The notes under the pieces: model-generated
Seen by the model: the letters and a program-made list of their open reading frames with translations, nothing else
Database searches by the model: none
Told to the model about the DNA's origin: nothing
DNA from: Candidatus Eiseniibacteriota bacterium
GTDB taxonomy: Bacteria > Joyebacterota > Joyebacteria > Joyebacterales > Joyebacteraceae
Reading direction: 5' to 3'
NCBI GenBank assembly: GCA_043815815.1
Contig: JBDRIO010000029.1
Location: 13,650 to 77,649, forward strand
DNA: 64,000 bases
Position numbers and translations under genes: made by a program
Part shown: positions 17,270 to 26,798 of the stretch, piece by piece
How positions within the stretch are numbered: position 1 is the first letter of the stretch
Layout of the letters: every line of letters begins with the position of its first letter

Positions 17270-19318
17270 CTACCTGAGCAGGACGAGCCTGTTCGTGGCC
17301 GCTCCGCGCTCGGACGTGAGCCTCACGAAGTAGACGCCCGATGCGGCGCGCGCTCCGTCCGAACTCACCCCGTCCCAAGTGACGCCGTGAACGCCGGCCG
17401 CGACCCCTCCGTTCACGAGCGTTCGCACGAGTCGTCCGGAGACGTCGTACACCCTGAGATCGACGTGGCCCGCGGCGGGGATCGAGTACGACAGGCGCGC
17501 GTCGGCGCCCGTGGGGTTCGTGGGGACGTGCAGCGCCACGGACGAGGCCTCGCCGTTCACGCCGGTCGACGACTGCGTCAGGTACTTGAGGATCCAGTTG
17601 CCGGGGTCCAGGTTCACGTCCGACGGCGGGTCGTTGACGGCGAAGAAGAAGTCTTGGCTCCACTCGTCGTTCCAGACGGTGATGAGCGTGTCGGCGCCCG
17701 TCGTCTGCACCTCGATGTCTACGGGCATCGTGAAGAGCCCGGCGTTCGTCTGGACCTGCTCGATGTGGAGCATGATCTCATACGGAGGGCCGTCGTAGCT
17801 CGCGATCCACGAGAACTCGTAGTGGGGGCGGTTCGCTCCGTAGACCCACGGCAGGAAGAACCAGTCCATGTCTCCGCCGTAGCTCGCCTCGCAGAACGTC
17901 TGGAACTCCGACGTGAGGGCGGTGTCGTACGCGTTCGCCGCGGAGTACGACGCCAGGACCGCCTGCAGAGCGTCGATGGGATAGTGCGCGACCGTCCCGT
18001 TCCCTAGTTCGAGGACGCGGCGCAGCATGTGGAGCACGAGCGCGCCCTTGTCGTAGACGGTCCGGTTGAACGTGGAGTCCGGGTCGTAGATCGGGCCGTT
18101 GAAGTAGCCGTACGAGTCGTACGCGTCTATGTAGTCGTCGTAGTCCGTCTCACCGCCCAGGCTCTCGAACCACAGCGCCTCGGAGTAGGTCGCGAACCCT
18201 TCGTTCAGCCAGATGTCGTTCCACGTCTCGCACGTTACCCAGTCGCCCCACCACTGGTGAGCCAGCTCGTGAACGAGGATCCAGTCGTAGTAGTGGTCGC
18301 CGCGGATGAGCACACGCCCGTAGCTCGTGCACGTCTGATGCTCCATCGCGCCGCCCCACGGGAAGACGGCGTGGCCGTACCTCTCGTCGATGAACGGATA
18401 CTCGCCGAAATAGCCCGAGAGGACGCCGATGGCCTGAGCCGTGATGTTCAGGTCCTCCTGGGCGTTGGAGAGATGCTCCGGATAGACGTAGTTCTCGATG
18501 GGCATCGAGCCCCTGGCGTAGTTGTAGTAGTCGGTCCAGGTCGAGTAGTCGGAGATGGCGACCGAGACGAGGTAGGTGGTGATGGGATAGGTCTCGAACC
18601 ACTCGTAGGTCTTGGTGGTTCCGTTGTCGACCTCGGAGATGAGCATGCCGTTCGAGACGGCGATGAGCGCGTCGTCGACCGTGAGCGCTACCCTCACGGA
18701 GTCGGCCTTGTCCGCCGGCGTGTCCTTGCACGGCCACCACTGCCTGGCTCCGCTCGGCTCCGAGAGGCTCGAGATGATGGGGCCGCCGGCGCCGTGCGTG
18801 GAGAAGTTCAGGGCGTCGTCGACTGGAGCGCCGTGGTAGGTGACCTTGACCTCGAACGTCCCGCCCGTGTTCACGGTGCTGTTCAGGGTGACGGTGATGA
18901 GGTCGCCGTTGTGCGTGTAGGACGCCGCGCTGCCGCCGTGCTCGACCGCGTCGACCGTCATGTTGCCGTAGAGGTCCATGATGACGGTCGTGAGCCCGTC
19001 GACGTTGCTCGTCGCGCGCATGATCACGTACCCATCGACCGTCTCCGGCCCCTCGTCGACCTCGATGTCGAGGTCGTAGTAGTAGACGTCGTAGTCCGCC
19101 TGCGATGCCCGGACCGCGTCCACCGGCGCCGCAAGCGCGGCCTGGAGCTTCTCGAAGGCTGCCTGCTTGGGCTCCCAGAGAATGCTCCGGGGGTCGGGGA
19201 GTCCCGGGCCCCTGTCATCTATGTAGACGGGCCGGGCGCCGGCCGTGGGGGCGATGAACGCCGCGGTCAGGAGCGCTACGATCGTGAGGCTCAGGGCAAC
19301 GCGTGTGGTCGATGGCAT
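17270..19318 (-). CDS. Secreted M1-family zinc aminopeptidase with C-terminal T9SS-type sorting domain
   Basis: GAMEH (GAMEN-like) motif, HELAHQWWGD...WLNEGFATY zinc-binding HExxH-E motif. CTD NPTGADARLSYSIPAAGHVDLRVYDVSGRLV...VYFVRLTSERG..RLVLLR. Likely start MPSTTRV (ORF track 19351). Confidence 0.85.
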   Translation of the reverse strand: MPSTTRVALSLTIVALLTAAFIAPTAGARPVYIDDRGPGLPDPRSILWEPKQAAFEKLQAALAAPVDAVRASQADYDVYYYDLDIEVDEGPETVDGYVIMRATSNVDGLTTVIMDLYGNMTVDAVEHGGSAASYTHNGDLITVTLNSTVNTGGTFEVKVTYHGAPVDDALNFSTHGAGGPIISSLSEPSGARQWWPCKDTPADKADSVRVALTVDDALIAVSNGMLISEVDNGTTKTYEWFETYPITTYLVSVAISDYSTWTDYYNYARGSMPIENYVYPEHLSNAQEDLNITAQAIGVLSGYFGEYPFIDERYGHAVFPWGGAMEHQTCTSYGRVLIRGDHYYDWILVHELAHQWWGDWVTCETWNDIWLNEGFATYSEALWFESLGGETDYDDYIDAYDSYGYFNGPIYDPDSTFNRTVYDKGALVLHMLRRVLELGNGTVAHYPIDALQAVLASYSAANAYDTALTSEFQTFCEASYGGDMDWFFLPWVYGANRPHYEFSWIASYDGPPYEIMLHIEQVQTNAGLFTMPVDIEVQTTGADTLITVWNDEWSQDFFFAVNDPPSDVNLDPGNWILKYLTQSSTGVNGEASSVALHVPTNPTGADARLSYSIPAAGHVDLRVYDVSGRLVRTLVNGGVAAGVHGVTWDGVSSDGARAASGVYFVRLTSERGAATNRLVLLR

Positions 19319-19465
19319 TCCGTCCTCCCGTGACTCCGGGGGAGGAGCCACCTCGTGGTCGGGGAGCGTTCAGATGCGATATGCTCTCAAACCTCATTAT
19401 ACCGCAACATGCGCGCTCAGTCAAGAACAAGCGCCCCCGGCGAGAGGCCGAGGGCGCAGGAGGTG

Positions 19466-21076
19466 CTACCGACCCGTGAGCGTGAGCCTCCCGTCCGGGG
19501 CCCCGGGGTTCAGGACCCCCTCGTTCCCCGCTATCTCCGCCAGGATCGAGTAGAACGTGGAGTAGGTGTTCTCGAGTTCGGCGCCGTACTGCTTGAACCA
19601 GAAGTAGCCGTCGCCTTCGTGCTTCACGAGGAAGCTGTTGCTCAGGACTCGATACATCCGGTCGGGGTCCAGAGGCTCCCAGCTCCCATCCTCCGCCGCC
19701 ACCTGGACGTCGGTCACCCTGTCACCGGGGACGTCGATCGTCCACGCGCCCGCGTCGTCCTTGCTGACCACCTGCGCCGTTCTCGAGACGTCCACGGTGT
19801 ATCGCAAGCCCGATGCGTGCAGGAGCCCGCCGCCTCCGAGGCTCGCCGCGCTCCGCTCCAGGATCTCCCGTATGTGCTTCCCGTCCAGCGTCATCGAGTA
19901 GGCGTAGTTGCTGAACTCGTCGATCTCCCGGAGCATCTCGTCGGTGACCGGGCCGGGCTGGTACACCTGCTTCCCGCGGAACGCGCCGGCGTTGTTGAGC
20001 ACGATCTCCACGCCGAACTTGCCGCGCATCCGGTCGTTGACGAGGTTCGCCACCGGGGACTCGCCCTGCCTCAGGGACTCCTTCGTCATGTCCCAGGGAA
20101 CGTCGGTCCTGCCGAGGACGATAGCGTCGGGGAACGACCCGCGGTAGGCGGCCAGGCGCTCCTCAACGTCCGGTGCGAGGAGGACGTCGCCCGTCACCGG
20201 GACGAGCGAGAACCTGGCGCTCTCAGCGTCGAGGCGTCCGTCGGGACCCGTCGCGACGTCGAGACGGGCGAGGTAGGGACCCTTCTCGCCTCCGTTCACG
20301 ATGACGGTCTGCCCCACGCGGACGAGCTCGCTCGTGTAGTCGTGCGAGTGACCTCCGAAGATGATGTCGATGCCGGGGACCGAGGCGGCAAGCTCGCTGT
20401 CGCGTTCGAGACCCAGGTGGGTGAGTCCGACGACGAGCTGCGCGCCGCGCTCGCGGAGTTCCGCCACGGCCGAGCCGGCCGTCTCGAGGTTCGTGCCGGA
20501 CAGCTTGACGCCCTTCCCGCTCGTCACGTACGGGAACCCCTCGGTCATGAGGGAGAAGAACCCTACGGTGAGCCCGTCGTAGTCCTTGAGGAGCAGACGA
20601 GAGCACGTTCCGTCCATCGGCGTGCCCTCGACCACGAGGTCCGTGCAGACGCACTCGAACCTGGCGGGCTCGAGCGCGGCCGCGAGAACCTCCGGCCCCT
20701 TGTCGAACTCGTGGTTGCCGAACGCGTAGATCTCGTATCCAGCCGCAGACATGAGTTCGAAGATCGCCTTCCCCTTGAAGGTGTGGAAGTACCTGTTCAT
20801 GAGGTCGTCGCCCACCGAGACAACGGCCACGGCCCCCGGACGCTCGTCCTCGACCTGTCTTATGAGCGTTGCGATGCGGGAGATTCCGCCGGCCTCGATC
20901 TCCTCCTGGACGCCGTCCCCGTCGGCGTCGACCTCCATGACGTAGGGTTCCAGCTGGCCCTGGAGATCGGCCGTCCCCAGTATCGTCAGCTCGTGGCCCC
21001 TGGGCGCGGTCGAGCAGGACGAGAGGAGGACGGCGGCAAGGAGAAGGGCCGCGGCGGGCGCTGATCTCGCGTTCAT
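19466..21076 (-). CDS. Bifunctional metallophosphatase / 5'-nucleotidase (UshA-like) lipoprotein
   Basis: Lipobox LLSSCS. Calcineurin-like metallophosphatase motifs (GNHEFD, GGHSHD) followed by a 5'-nucleotidase C-terminal domain. Likely start MNARSAP (ORF track 21109). Confidence 0.85.
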   Translation of the reverse strand: MNARSAPAAALLLAAVLLSSCSTAPRGHELTILGTADLQGQLEPYVMEVDADGDGVQEEIEAGGISRIATLIRQVEDERPGAVAVVSVGDDLMNRYFHTFKGKAIFELMSAAGYEIYAFGNHEFDKGPEVLAAALEPARFECVCTDLVVEGTPMDGTCSRLLLKDYDGLTVGFFSLMTEGFPYVTSGKGVKLSGTNLETAGSAVAELRERGAQLVVGLTHLGLERDSELAASVPGIDIIFGGHSHDYTSELVRVGQTVIVNGGEKGPYLARLDVATGPDGRLDAESARFSLVPVTGDVLLAPDVEERLAAYRGSFPDAIVLGRTDVPWDMTKESLRQGESPVANLVNDRMRGKFGVEIVLNNAGAFRGKQVYQPGPVTDEMLREIDEFSNYAYSMTLDGKHIREILERSAASLGGGGLLHASGLRYTVDVSRTAQVVSKDDAGAWTIDVPGDRVTDVQVAAEDGSWEPLDPDRMYRVLSNSFLVKHEGDGYFWFKQYGAELENTYSTFYSILAEIAGNEGVLNPGAPDGRLTLTGR

Positions 21077-21159
21077 GAGCAACTCCTTTCGTTGTGGCAA
21101 GTGTCTCACTGCGCTAGACTAGATGGTGTGCGGAGGTCATGCAAGGAGGTCGAACGCCC

Positions 21160-21732
21160 ATGGAACTGACGCTGACTATTCTGATCGGACTGGGACTCGC
21201 GGCCGCGTGCGGCTACCGCGTCTTCGTGCCGTTCCTGGTCCTGAGCATCGCCGCCATGTCCGGCCACGTGACGCTGGCCGAGGGGTTCGCGTGGATAGGG
21301 ACCCCGTACGCGCTCGTGGCGTTCGCGCTCGCGACGCTGCTCGAGGTGCTGGCGTACTACGTCCCCTGGTTCGACAATCTCCTCGACACGATATCGACTC
21401 CGGCGGCAGTCGTGGCCGGCGTCATCGTGACGGCATCCGTCGTCGGCGACATGTCGCCGTTCCTCAAGTGGACGCTTGCCGTTATTGCCGGAGGGGGAAT
21501 GGCCGCGGCGGTTCAGACGGCCACGGTGGCGGTACGCGGGACCTCGACGGTGACGACGGGCGGTACCGCGAACCCTCTGGTGTCGACCGGCGAGCTCGGC
21601 GGCTCGATCGTCACGTCGGTCCTGGCGGTCGTTCTGCCGATCGTCGCGGTGGCGATCGTGATCGTCACGCTCGTAGTGAGCGCGCGGATCGTCGGGAGGT
21701 TCAGGAGGCGGAGGTGCGAAGCGCCTTCCTGA
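21160..21732 (+). CDS. DUF4126-like integral membrane protein
   Basis: MELTLTILIGLGLAAACGYRVFVPFLVLSIAAMSGH...; multiple TM helices with Gly/Ala/Val-rich segments. Confidence 0.55.
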   Translation: MELTLTILIGLGLAAACGYRVFVPFLVLSIAAMSGHVTLAEGFAWIGTPYALVAFALATLLEVLAYYVPWFDNLLDTISTPAAVVAGVIVTASVVGDMSPFLKWTLAVIAGGGMAAAVQTATVAVRGTSTVTTGGTANPLVSTGELGGSIVTSVLAVVLPIVAVAIVIVTLVVSARIVGRFRRRRCEAPS

Positions 21733-22591
21733 GCGCGCGCGTGTGCTCGGGCGTCGTGCCGCAACAGCCGCCTATGACCTCGACCCCGAGGTCCAGGAGC
21801 TCCAGGGCCTTCCGCGCCATGAACTCGGGCGTCTCGTTGTAGGTCACCTGTCCGTCGACGAGCTCCGGGAGGCCCGCGTTCGACTGGATGAGCATCGGTC
21901 CGTTGGTGTGCGCGCGGAACTCCCTCGCTATCTCGACCATCTTCTCGATGCCGTTCCCGCAGTTCGAGCCCACGAGGTCCGCGCCGGCGTCTCTGAGTCC
22001 CTCGGCCGCGCTCGGGACGTCGACACCCATGATCGTGTAGAACCCTCTGGGCGTGGCGTCGAACGTCATCGTCGCCATGATCGGGACGTCGGACGAGACG
22101 CCGCGCGCCGCCTCGATGGCGAGCCGCGCCTCCGCGAGGTCCGTCATGGTCTCCACGCAGAGCACGTCCACGCCCGCCTCGACCAGAGCCACCATCTGCC
22201 GCCGGAAGCTCTCGCGCACGTCGTCGGGTGCCGCGTAACCGTACGGTTCGAGCGTCCGGCCGCACGGCCCGCACGAGCCGGACACGTAGGCGCCGTCGCC
22301 CACGACCTCGCGCACCGCGAGGACGGCGGCGCGGTTGATCCCCTCCGTGCTGCCATCGAGTCCGTACGCCGCGAGCTTGAGCGCCGACCCTCCGAACGTG
22401 TTCGTCTGGACGATCTCCGCGCCCGCCTCGAAGTACCGGCCCGCCACGTCGCGCAGGACCTCGGGCCGCAACAGGTTGAACGACTCGGGGCATGCGCCGG
22501 GCTCGAGCCCGTGCGCCATGAGAAAGCTGCCCATCGCCCCGTCGCCGACGAGGACCGGCCCCTCTCTCACGCGTTCCATGAACGGCTGCAT
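21701..22591 (-). CDS. Homocysteine S-methyltransferase domain protein (MetH N-terminal / BHMT-like, zinc-dependent)
   Basis: Pfam S-methyl_trans hallmarks: VGDGAMGS, VQTNTFG, zinc-ligand Cys in GSCGP and IGGCCGTTPEH. Confidence 0.8.
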   Translation of the reverse strand: MQPFMERVREGPVLVGDGAMGSFLMAHGLEPGACPESFNLLRPEVLRDVAGRYFEAGAEIVQTNTFGGSALKLAAYGLDGSTEGINRAAVLAVREVVGDGAYVSGSCGPCGRTLEPYGYAAPDDVRESFRRQMVALVEAGVDVLCVETMTDLAEARLAIEAARGVSSDVPIMATMTFDATPRGFYTIMGVDVPSAAEGLRDAGADLVGSNCGNGIEKMVEIAREFRAHTNGPMLIQSNAGLPELVDGQVTYNETPEFMARKALELLDLGVEVIGGCCGTTPEHTRALRKALRTSAS

Positions 22592-22593
22592 GG

Positions 22594-23226
22594 CTACTCC
22601 ACGAGCGCCTTGACGCGCTCGACGGCGTTCGCGGCGTCGAACCCGTATCCGTCCGCGCCGATCTCCCTGGCGTACTCCTCGGTCACCGGAGCGCCCCCGA
22701 TGATCGTCCTGACCGAACCGTCGAGTCCGTCCTTCTTGAGCAGCTCGACGACCTTCTTCATCGTGGGCATCGTGGTCGTCAGGAGCGCCGACATGCCGAT
22801 GACGTTCGCGCCCGACTCGCGCGCGGCGTCGACGAACTGCTCGGGCGCGACGTCCTTCCCGAGATCGATGACCTCGAATCCCGCGCCGGCCAGCATGATG
22901 CCGACCAGGTTCTTGCCGATGTCGTGGAGGTCCCCCTGAACGGTACCGATGACGACCTTGCCCCTGCTCCGCACGTCGGCCTCGCCAAGGTGCGGCTCGA
23001 GCACCGCCAGCCCGGCGTTCATCGCCCTCGCTGCCAGGAGAACCTCCGGAAGGAAGATCTCGTGCACGCGGAAGCGGTCGCCCACGACCTGCATCCCCGC
23101 GATGAGACCCTCCTCGAGTATCGTCGCGGCCGCGAGCGACTGGTCGAGCGCCGCCTTCGTGAGGGAACGGACCTCGTCGTCCTCGCCCTGCTGCAACCGC
23201 TTGGCTATCTGTGACAGTATCTCCAT
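22594..23226 (-). CDS. Cobalamin-binding corrinoid protein (B12-binding helical cap plus Rossmann domain)
   Basis: DxHxxG motif in GTVQGDLHDIGKN; SxL (MSALLTT); GG (IIGGAP). 210 aa. Confidence 0.85.
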   Translation of the reverse strand: MEILSQIAKRLQQGEDDEVRSLTKAALDQSLAAATILEEGLIAGMQVVGDRFRVHEIFLPEVLLAARAMNAGLAVLEPHLGEADVRSRGKVVIGTVQGDLHDIGKNLVGIMLAGAGFEVIDLGKDVAPEQFVDAARESGANVIGMSALLTTTMPTMKKVVELLKKDGLDGSVRTIIGGAPVTEEYAREIGADGYGFDAANAVERVKALVE

Positions 23227-23269
23227 CGATTCTCCTTCCGGCTGAAACGTGCCGCTCGCGCCGTCCCGC

Positions 23270-24001
23270 TCAGCAGACCCCGGGTGGGTCGTCTCTCATG
23301 GCGCGGATGCGCGCCCGACAGTCCTTCGTCCGGCAGTCCTCGCAGAAGCCGAAGTCGCTCGGGAAGTCGTGTATCGCGGCCGGCCCCATCACCATGACGC
23401 CGGAGATCGACTTCAGGGGCTCCATGAGACAGCTCGCGTTCAGGGAGATGCCTATCTCGCCCGGCTCGAGCGCCGCGAAGAGCGCGCGCTGGCCCGTGAT
23501 GTTCCACCCGCAGTAGCCGGGGCTGTAGCGGAGCAGGCGGGTCCCGGCGCCGGCGACCCCTTCGCCCCTGGCGTCCTCGAGCGCCGCGCGGTCCAGATAC
23601 ATCCCGGCGAGCTCGGTCGCCTCGGACGCGGCCGCGTCGAGCGCCGCTCCGAGAGCGAGCTGCCCCTCGTCGAAGAGAGCGGGTATCCGCTCGGACACGT
23701 CCGCCCCGACCGTCGCCGCGAAGAGGGCCAGTCGCTCGGCCCCGGGGAATACCGCGCGCAGGGGAGAGGGGACCTCGTTGTCTCCGTCGCCCTCGTAGAC
23801 GCGTGTGAACGCGTCCGCGTCGGTCTCAGCGAACATCCCCACCGGCCTGGCTCTGTCCCGGAACTCGTCGAGCGCGCGCGAGAGCACTTCGAGCACACGC
23901 TCTCCGGGCGCGCGGTCGGCCGGAACGCCCATGGCCCTCAAGAGGGCCGCCTCCGAGGGTTCGATGTCCGACGGGGCTATCTCTATGATCCGCTTCTGCA
24001 T
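23270..24001 (-). CDS. Methionine-synthase activation-domain-like protein (AdoMet-dependent reductive reactivation module)
   Basis: RxxxGY AdoMet-binding motif (RYSPGY) as in the MetH C-terminal activation domain. Likely start MQKRIIEIAPSD (ORF track 24055). Confidence 0.55.
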   Translation of the reverse strand: MQKRIIEIAPSDIEPSEAALLRAMGVPADRAPGERVLEVLSRALDEFRDRARPVGMFAETDADAFTRVYEGDGDNEVPSPLRAVFPGAERLALFAATVGADVSERIPALFDEGQLALGAALDAAASEATELAGMYLDRAALEDARGEGVAGAGTRLLRYSPGYCGWNITGQRALFAALEPGEIGISLNASCLMEPLKSISGVMVMGPAAIHDFPSDFGFCEDCRTKDCRARIRAMRDDPPGVC

Positions 24002-24079
24002 CCCTGGGTCTCCGCGGAGCGAGTGGATCGTCTCGCGTCCCGGGCCGCGTCTCACGCAAGAGCCGAGCGCCCGATTCGC

Positions 24080-25537
24080 CTAATCCCGCTCCGGCAGCCT
24101 GTCCATCCCGTGCTTCCGGGCCTCCGCGCTCATTATGTCGCCGAGCTCCTTCTTCGCGTCGTCCGGCAGGCGGGACGGCTCGTACTCGGAGAGGTGGCGC
24201 TTGACCTCGCTCCGCGCTCTCTCTCCGAGCGTGGAGCGGCCCTCTTCCCTCCAGCGCGAGAGGTTCGCGCGCTCGATGACCGGGCCGGGGAAGTAGTGCT
24301 CGCTCTTCAGGTGCTTGCGCGTGTGCTTCGATATGAGCAGGTGCCCGTCCTCGAGCATCTCCACGAAGTGCGGGAGCGCGGGGAAGTCGTCCCTGGGCTC
24401 GATGCCTCGCGCCATGCGCTGGACGAGTCCCGCGATCTCGTTGTCGACGACGAGCTTCTCGGGGCTTATGCAGCTCTCGAAGTCCAGCATGCCTGGGCCC
24501 GACACGCTGTTGATGCCGGAGAGCGCAGCGAGCGTCGCGCCCATCGAACTCTCGAGCCCGGCCTGCGCGTCCAGCGCCTTCGCGTCGGAGAGCCCGATGT
24601 ACGCCTGCGTCGGGAGCCCCAGGTGCTTCCCGATCTCCGCGTAGGCGCAGTCGATCATCTGCGTCTCCACGGCTCCCATCGGGGTCGTCTCGTACCGGAT
24701 GTCGAACGACGCCGGCGAGCCCCCGTAGAGGACCGGACATCCTGGGTTCGCGAGCTGGCTCAGGACGACGCCCGAGAGCGTCTCGGCGGTGTGCTGCACG
24801 AGGCTTCCGACGAGTGTCACCGGCCCCATGAACCCCGAGAGCGGCATCGAGATGTACTCGACGGGGACCGAGTCGGCGGCGCAGTCGAGCAGATTCTGCG
24901 CGGTGACGTCGCTCCACTTCAGGGGCGCGGTGGGACAGGCGGAGAAGATGGTGAGCGGCTTCTGCTTCAGGGCCTCGGCCGAACCGCGGACCGCGAGCTG
25001 CATGTCGCGCATGGCGCCGTACGACTCGATCGTGAACGCGCCCGTGACGACCGGCTTCTCACCCAAGAGCAGGCACAGGAAGAGGCGGTAGCTGTCCTGC
25101 ACGGGCTCCGGAACGTCCCGGCAGATGAAGGCCGTGCTCTGTGCCTCGATGTACTTCATCCTGCTCGTGAGCTTCGTGAAGTCCACGAAATCGCGCGTAA
25201 CCGGCGTGCGCATCTCTCCGGACTCGGGGTCGAGAACGGTGATGCCCGACGACCCGGGCGTGAAGTGAACGTTGTCGCCGGAGAGGTCGTGCGTCTGCTC
25301 GCCGAGGACGTCGTAGAGCGCGAAGCCGGACGGCGCCTTCTTCACCGCGTCCATCACGAGCGACTCGGGGAGCGTGATGCGCCTCGTCGCCTTGTCGATC
25401 CCGGCGCCGTTGTCGGTGAGGAGCGTGGCGGCGTTCTCGTTCTGGACCTTGAGCCCGAGTGTGGCCAGGAGGTGCAACGCCTCGTGCAGGATGCGCTCTT
25501 TGAGAGCGTCGTCAAGGAACTGCAGTCTTGGTCTCAT
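24080..25537 (-). CDS. MttB-superfamily (trimethylamine methyltransferase family, non-pyrrolysine) substrate:corrinoid methyltransferase
   Basis: Full-length similarity to the MttB/MtgB family (PF06253-like; TIM barrel) from MRPRLQFLDDALKERILHEALHLL... onward. No in-frame amber codon. Start ATG at ~25537 (the ORF track's longer 25828 start is unlikely). Confidence 0.8.
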   Translation of the reverse strand: MRPRLQFLDDALKERILHEALHLLATLGLKVQNENAATLLTDNGAGIDKATRRITLPESLVMDAVKKAPSGFALYDVLGEQTHDLSGDNVHFTPGSSGITVLDPESGEMRTPVTRDFVDFTKLTSRMKYIEAQSTAFICRDVPEPVQDSYRLFLCLLLGEKPVVTGAFTIESYGAMRDMQLAVRGSAEALKQKPLTIFSACPTAPLKWSDVTAQNLLDCAADSVPVEYISMPLSGFMGPVTLVGSLVQHTAETLSGVVLSQLANPGCPVLYGGSPASFDIRYETTPMGAVETQMIDCAYAEIGKHLGLPTQAYIGLSDAKALDAQAGLESSMGATLAALSGINSVSGPGMLDFESCISPEKLVVDNEIAGLVQRMARGIEPRDDFPALPHFVEMLEDGHLLISKHTRKHLKSEHYFPGPVIERANLSRWREEGRSTLGERARSEVKRHLSEYEPSRLPDDAKKELGDIMSAEARKHGMDRLPERD

Positions 25538-25745
25538 TGATGGGCTCCTGAAGGTCGGCTCTTCCGCCCCGTTCCCGGGCGCCGCAGCTGGGTCAGAGAA
25601 TTGTCGCACAGTTCCGGTGGGCAATCCAGAGGCGGCATCCTGCCGCCCGTGGATGACCGGACGCCCGATGTCTGCTAGAATCCCACACGTAACGAGCGCG
25701 CGGCAGGGGAAGCGCGCGCTCCCAACCTCCGCAGGGGAGTCACAC

Positions 25746-26645
25746 GTGTTCCCGCACACACTACACGCCGCCCGCCTCCTAGCAGTTGTGGCGCTCACAC
25801 TCATGCTCTGCCCGCCCGACGCCGCCATGGCCCTTCCGGACTACGCCGTCGAGACAGGGCTCGCCTGCGCCGGCTGTCACGAGGACGGCGCCGACGCCGG
25901 CCCTCTGACAGAGCAGGGCATCGCGTTCCTGGCCGCCGGGCACGTTCTTCCGGAAGAGGTTCAGGGTCCCTCGGAACTCGAACTCTGGGTCCGGGGGCTC
26001 GTCAGGTACCTGCACCTGGTGGCGGGGGTCGTCTGGTTCGGGGCGATCGCCTACATCCACCTCTTCACGAAACCGAAGAGCCTGGTCAAGGGACTCCCGC
26101 GCGCCGAGATGCGCCTCGGCTGGGGCTCCATCATCGTCATGGCGAGCACGGGAACGCTCCTGACGGTCTGGAAGGTCGGTTCGGCCGAGGAGCTGTGGAC
26201 GACGTTCTTCGGCGCCGTGTGGATGGTCAAGGTCGCCACGTTCCTCGCGCTCGTCGTGATCGCGACGGTGGCAACGACGGCGCTGAACCGCAGGATGCGA
26301 AGGGACGCAAGCGAAGAAGGTGGTCCCGGAGCGTGCGGCCACATCAGGTTCGCCTTTGAGGGGACCCTGTACGACGCGACCGACAGCAGGTGGTGGAAGG
26401 AAGGCGTCCACGGCGGGAAGCACCGCGCGGGCACCGACCTCACGGCGGCGATGGCAGACGCGCCCCACGGGCCGGAGGTGCTCGACCGAGTGACCGCCGT
26501 GGGCCGCGTTCCCCACGGGTGCTGCGCCACGGCGCCGAGAGCCGCGCGCGCGTTCATCGTGCTCGCCTACGTGAACCTCGCCCTCATAGCCATCGTTCTC
26601 TTCTGCGTCTCGTTCTGGACGTGGGGGCCGGCGGTCGTGGGATAG
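25746..26645 (+). CDS. Membrane protein with signal peptide, CxxCH haem-c-type motif (CAGCH) and several TM helices
   Basis: VFPHTLHAARLLAVVALTLMLCPPDAAMA signal, then GLACAGCHEDGA, then hydrophobic helices (YLHLVAGVVWFGAIAYIHLF...). No clear family assignment. Confidence 0.4.
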   Translation: MFPHTLHAARLLAVVALTLMLCPPDAAMALPDYAVETGLACAGCHEDGADAGPLTEQGIAFLAAGHVLPEEVQGPSELELWVRGLVRYLHLVAGVVWFGAIAYIHLFTKPKSLVKGLPRAEMRLGWGSIIVMASTGTLLTVWKVGSAEELWTTFFGAVWMVKVATFLALVVIATVATTALNRRMRRDASEEGGPGACGHIRFAFEGTLYDATDSRWWKEGVHGGKHRAGTDLTAAMADAPHGPEVLDRVTAVGRVPHGCCATAPRAARAFIVLAYVNLALIAIVLFCVSFWTWGPAVVG

Positions 26646-26716
26646 TCCAACGGGTCCCGAACTCACCTCCTCGCGCTGCCGGACGTCCCCTCCTGTCCAC
26701 ACGTGCTACATTGTGG

Positions 26717-26722
26717 TATAAT
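26717..26722 (+). promoter_or_regulatory. Extended -10 element TGgTATAAT upstream of the nuclease gene
   Basis: ttgtggTATAATggcag lies 77 nt upstream of ATG 26799. GGAAGGAG RBS at 26782-26789. Confidence 0.4.
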
Positions 26723-26798
26723 GGCAGAACGGACTGCACCCGGTGACGGGAACCGGACGTCAAGCATGCGACCTGCCCTGCGGAAGGAGCTGCCTCCC

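Noticed and set aside
25538-25745. Cobalamin riboswitch in the 5' UTR of the MttB / corrinoid methyltransferase operon
   Set aside because: I looked for the B12-box core (GCCACTG on the transcribed strand, that is CAGTGGC on the plus strand) and the conserved GGTGC / AAGGGAA elements and did not find them. Without a covariance-model search this stays negative.
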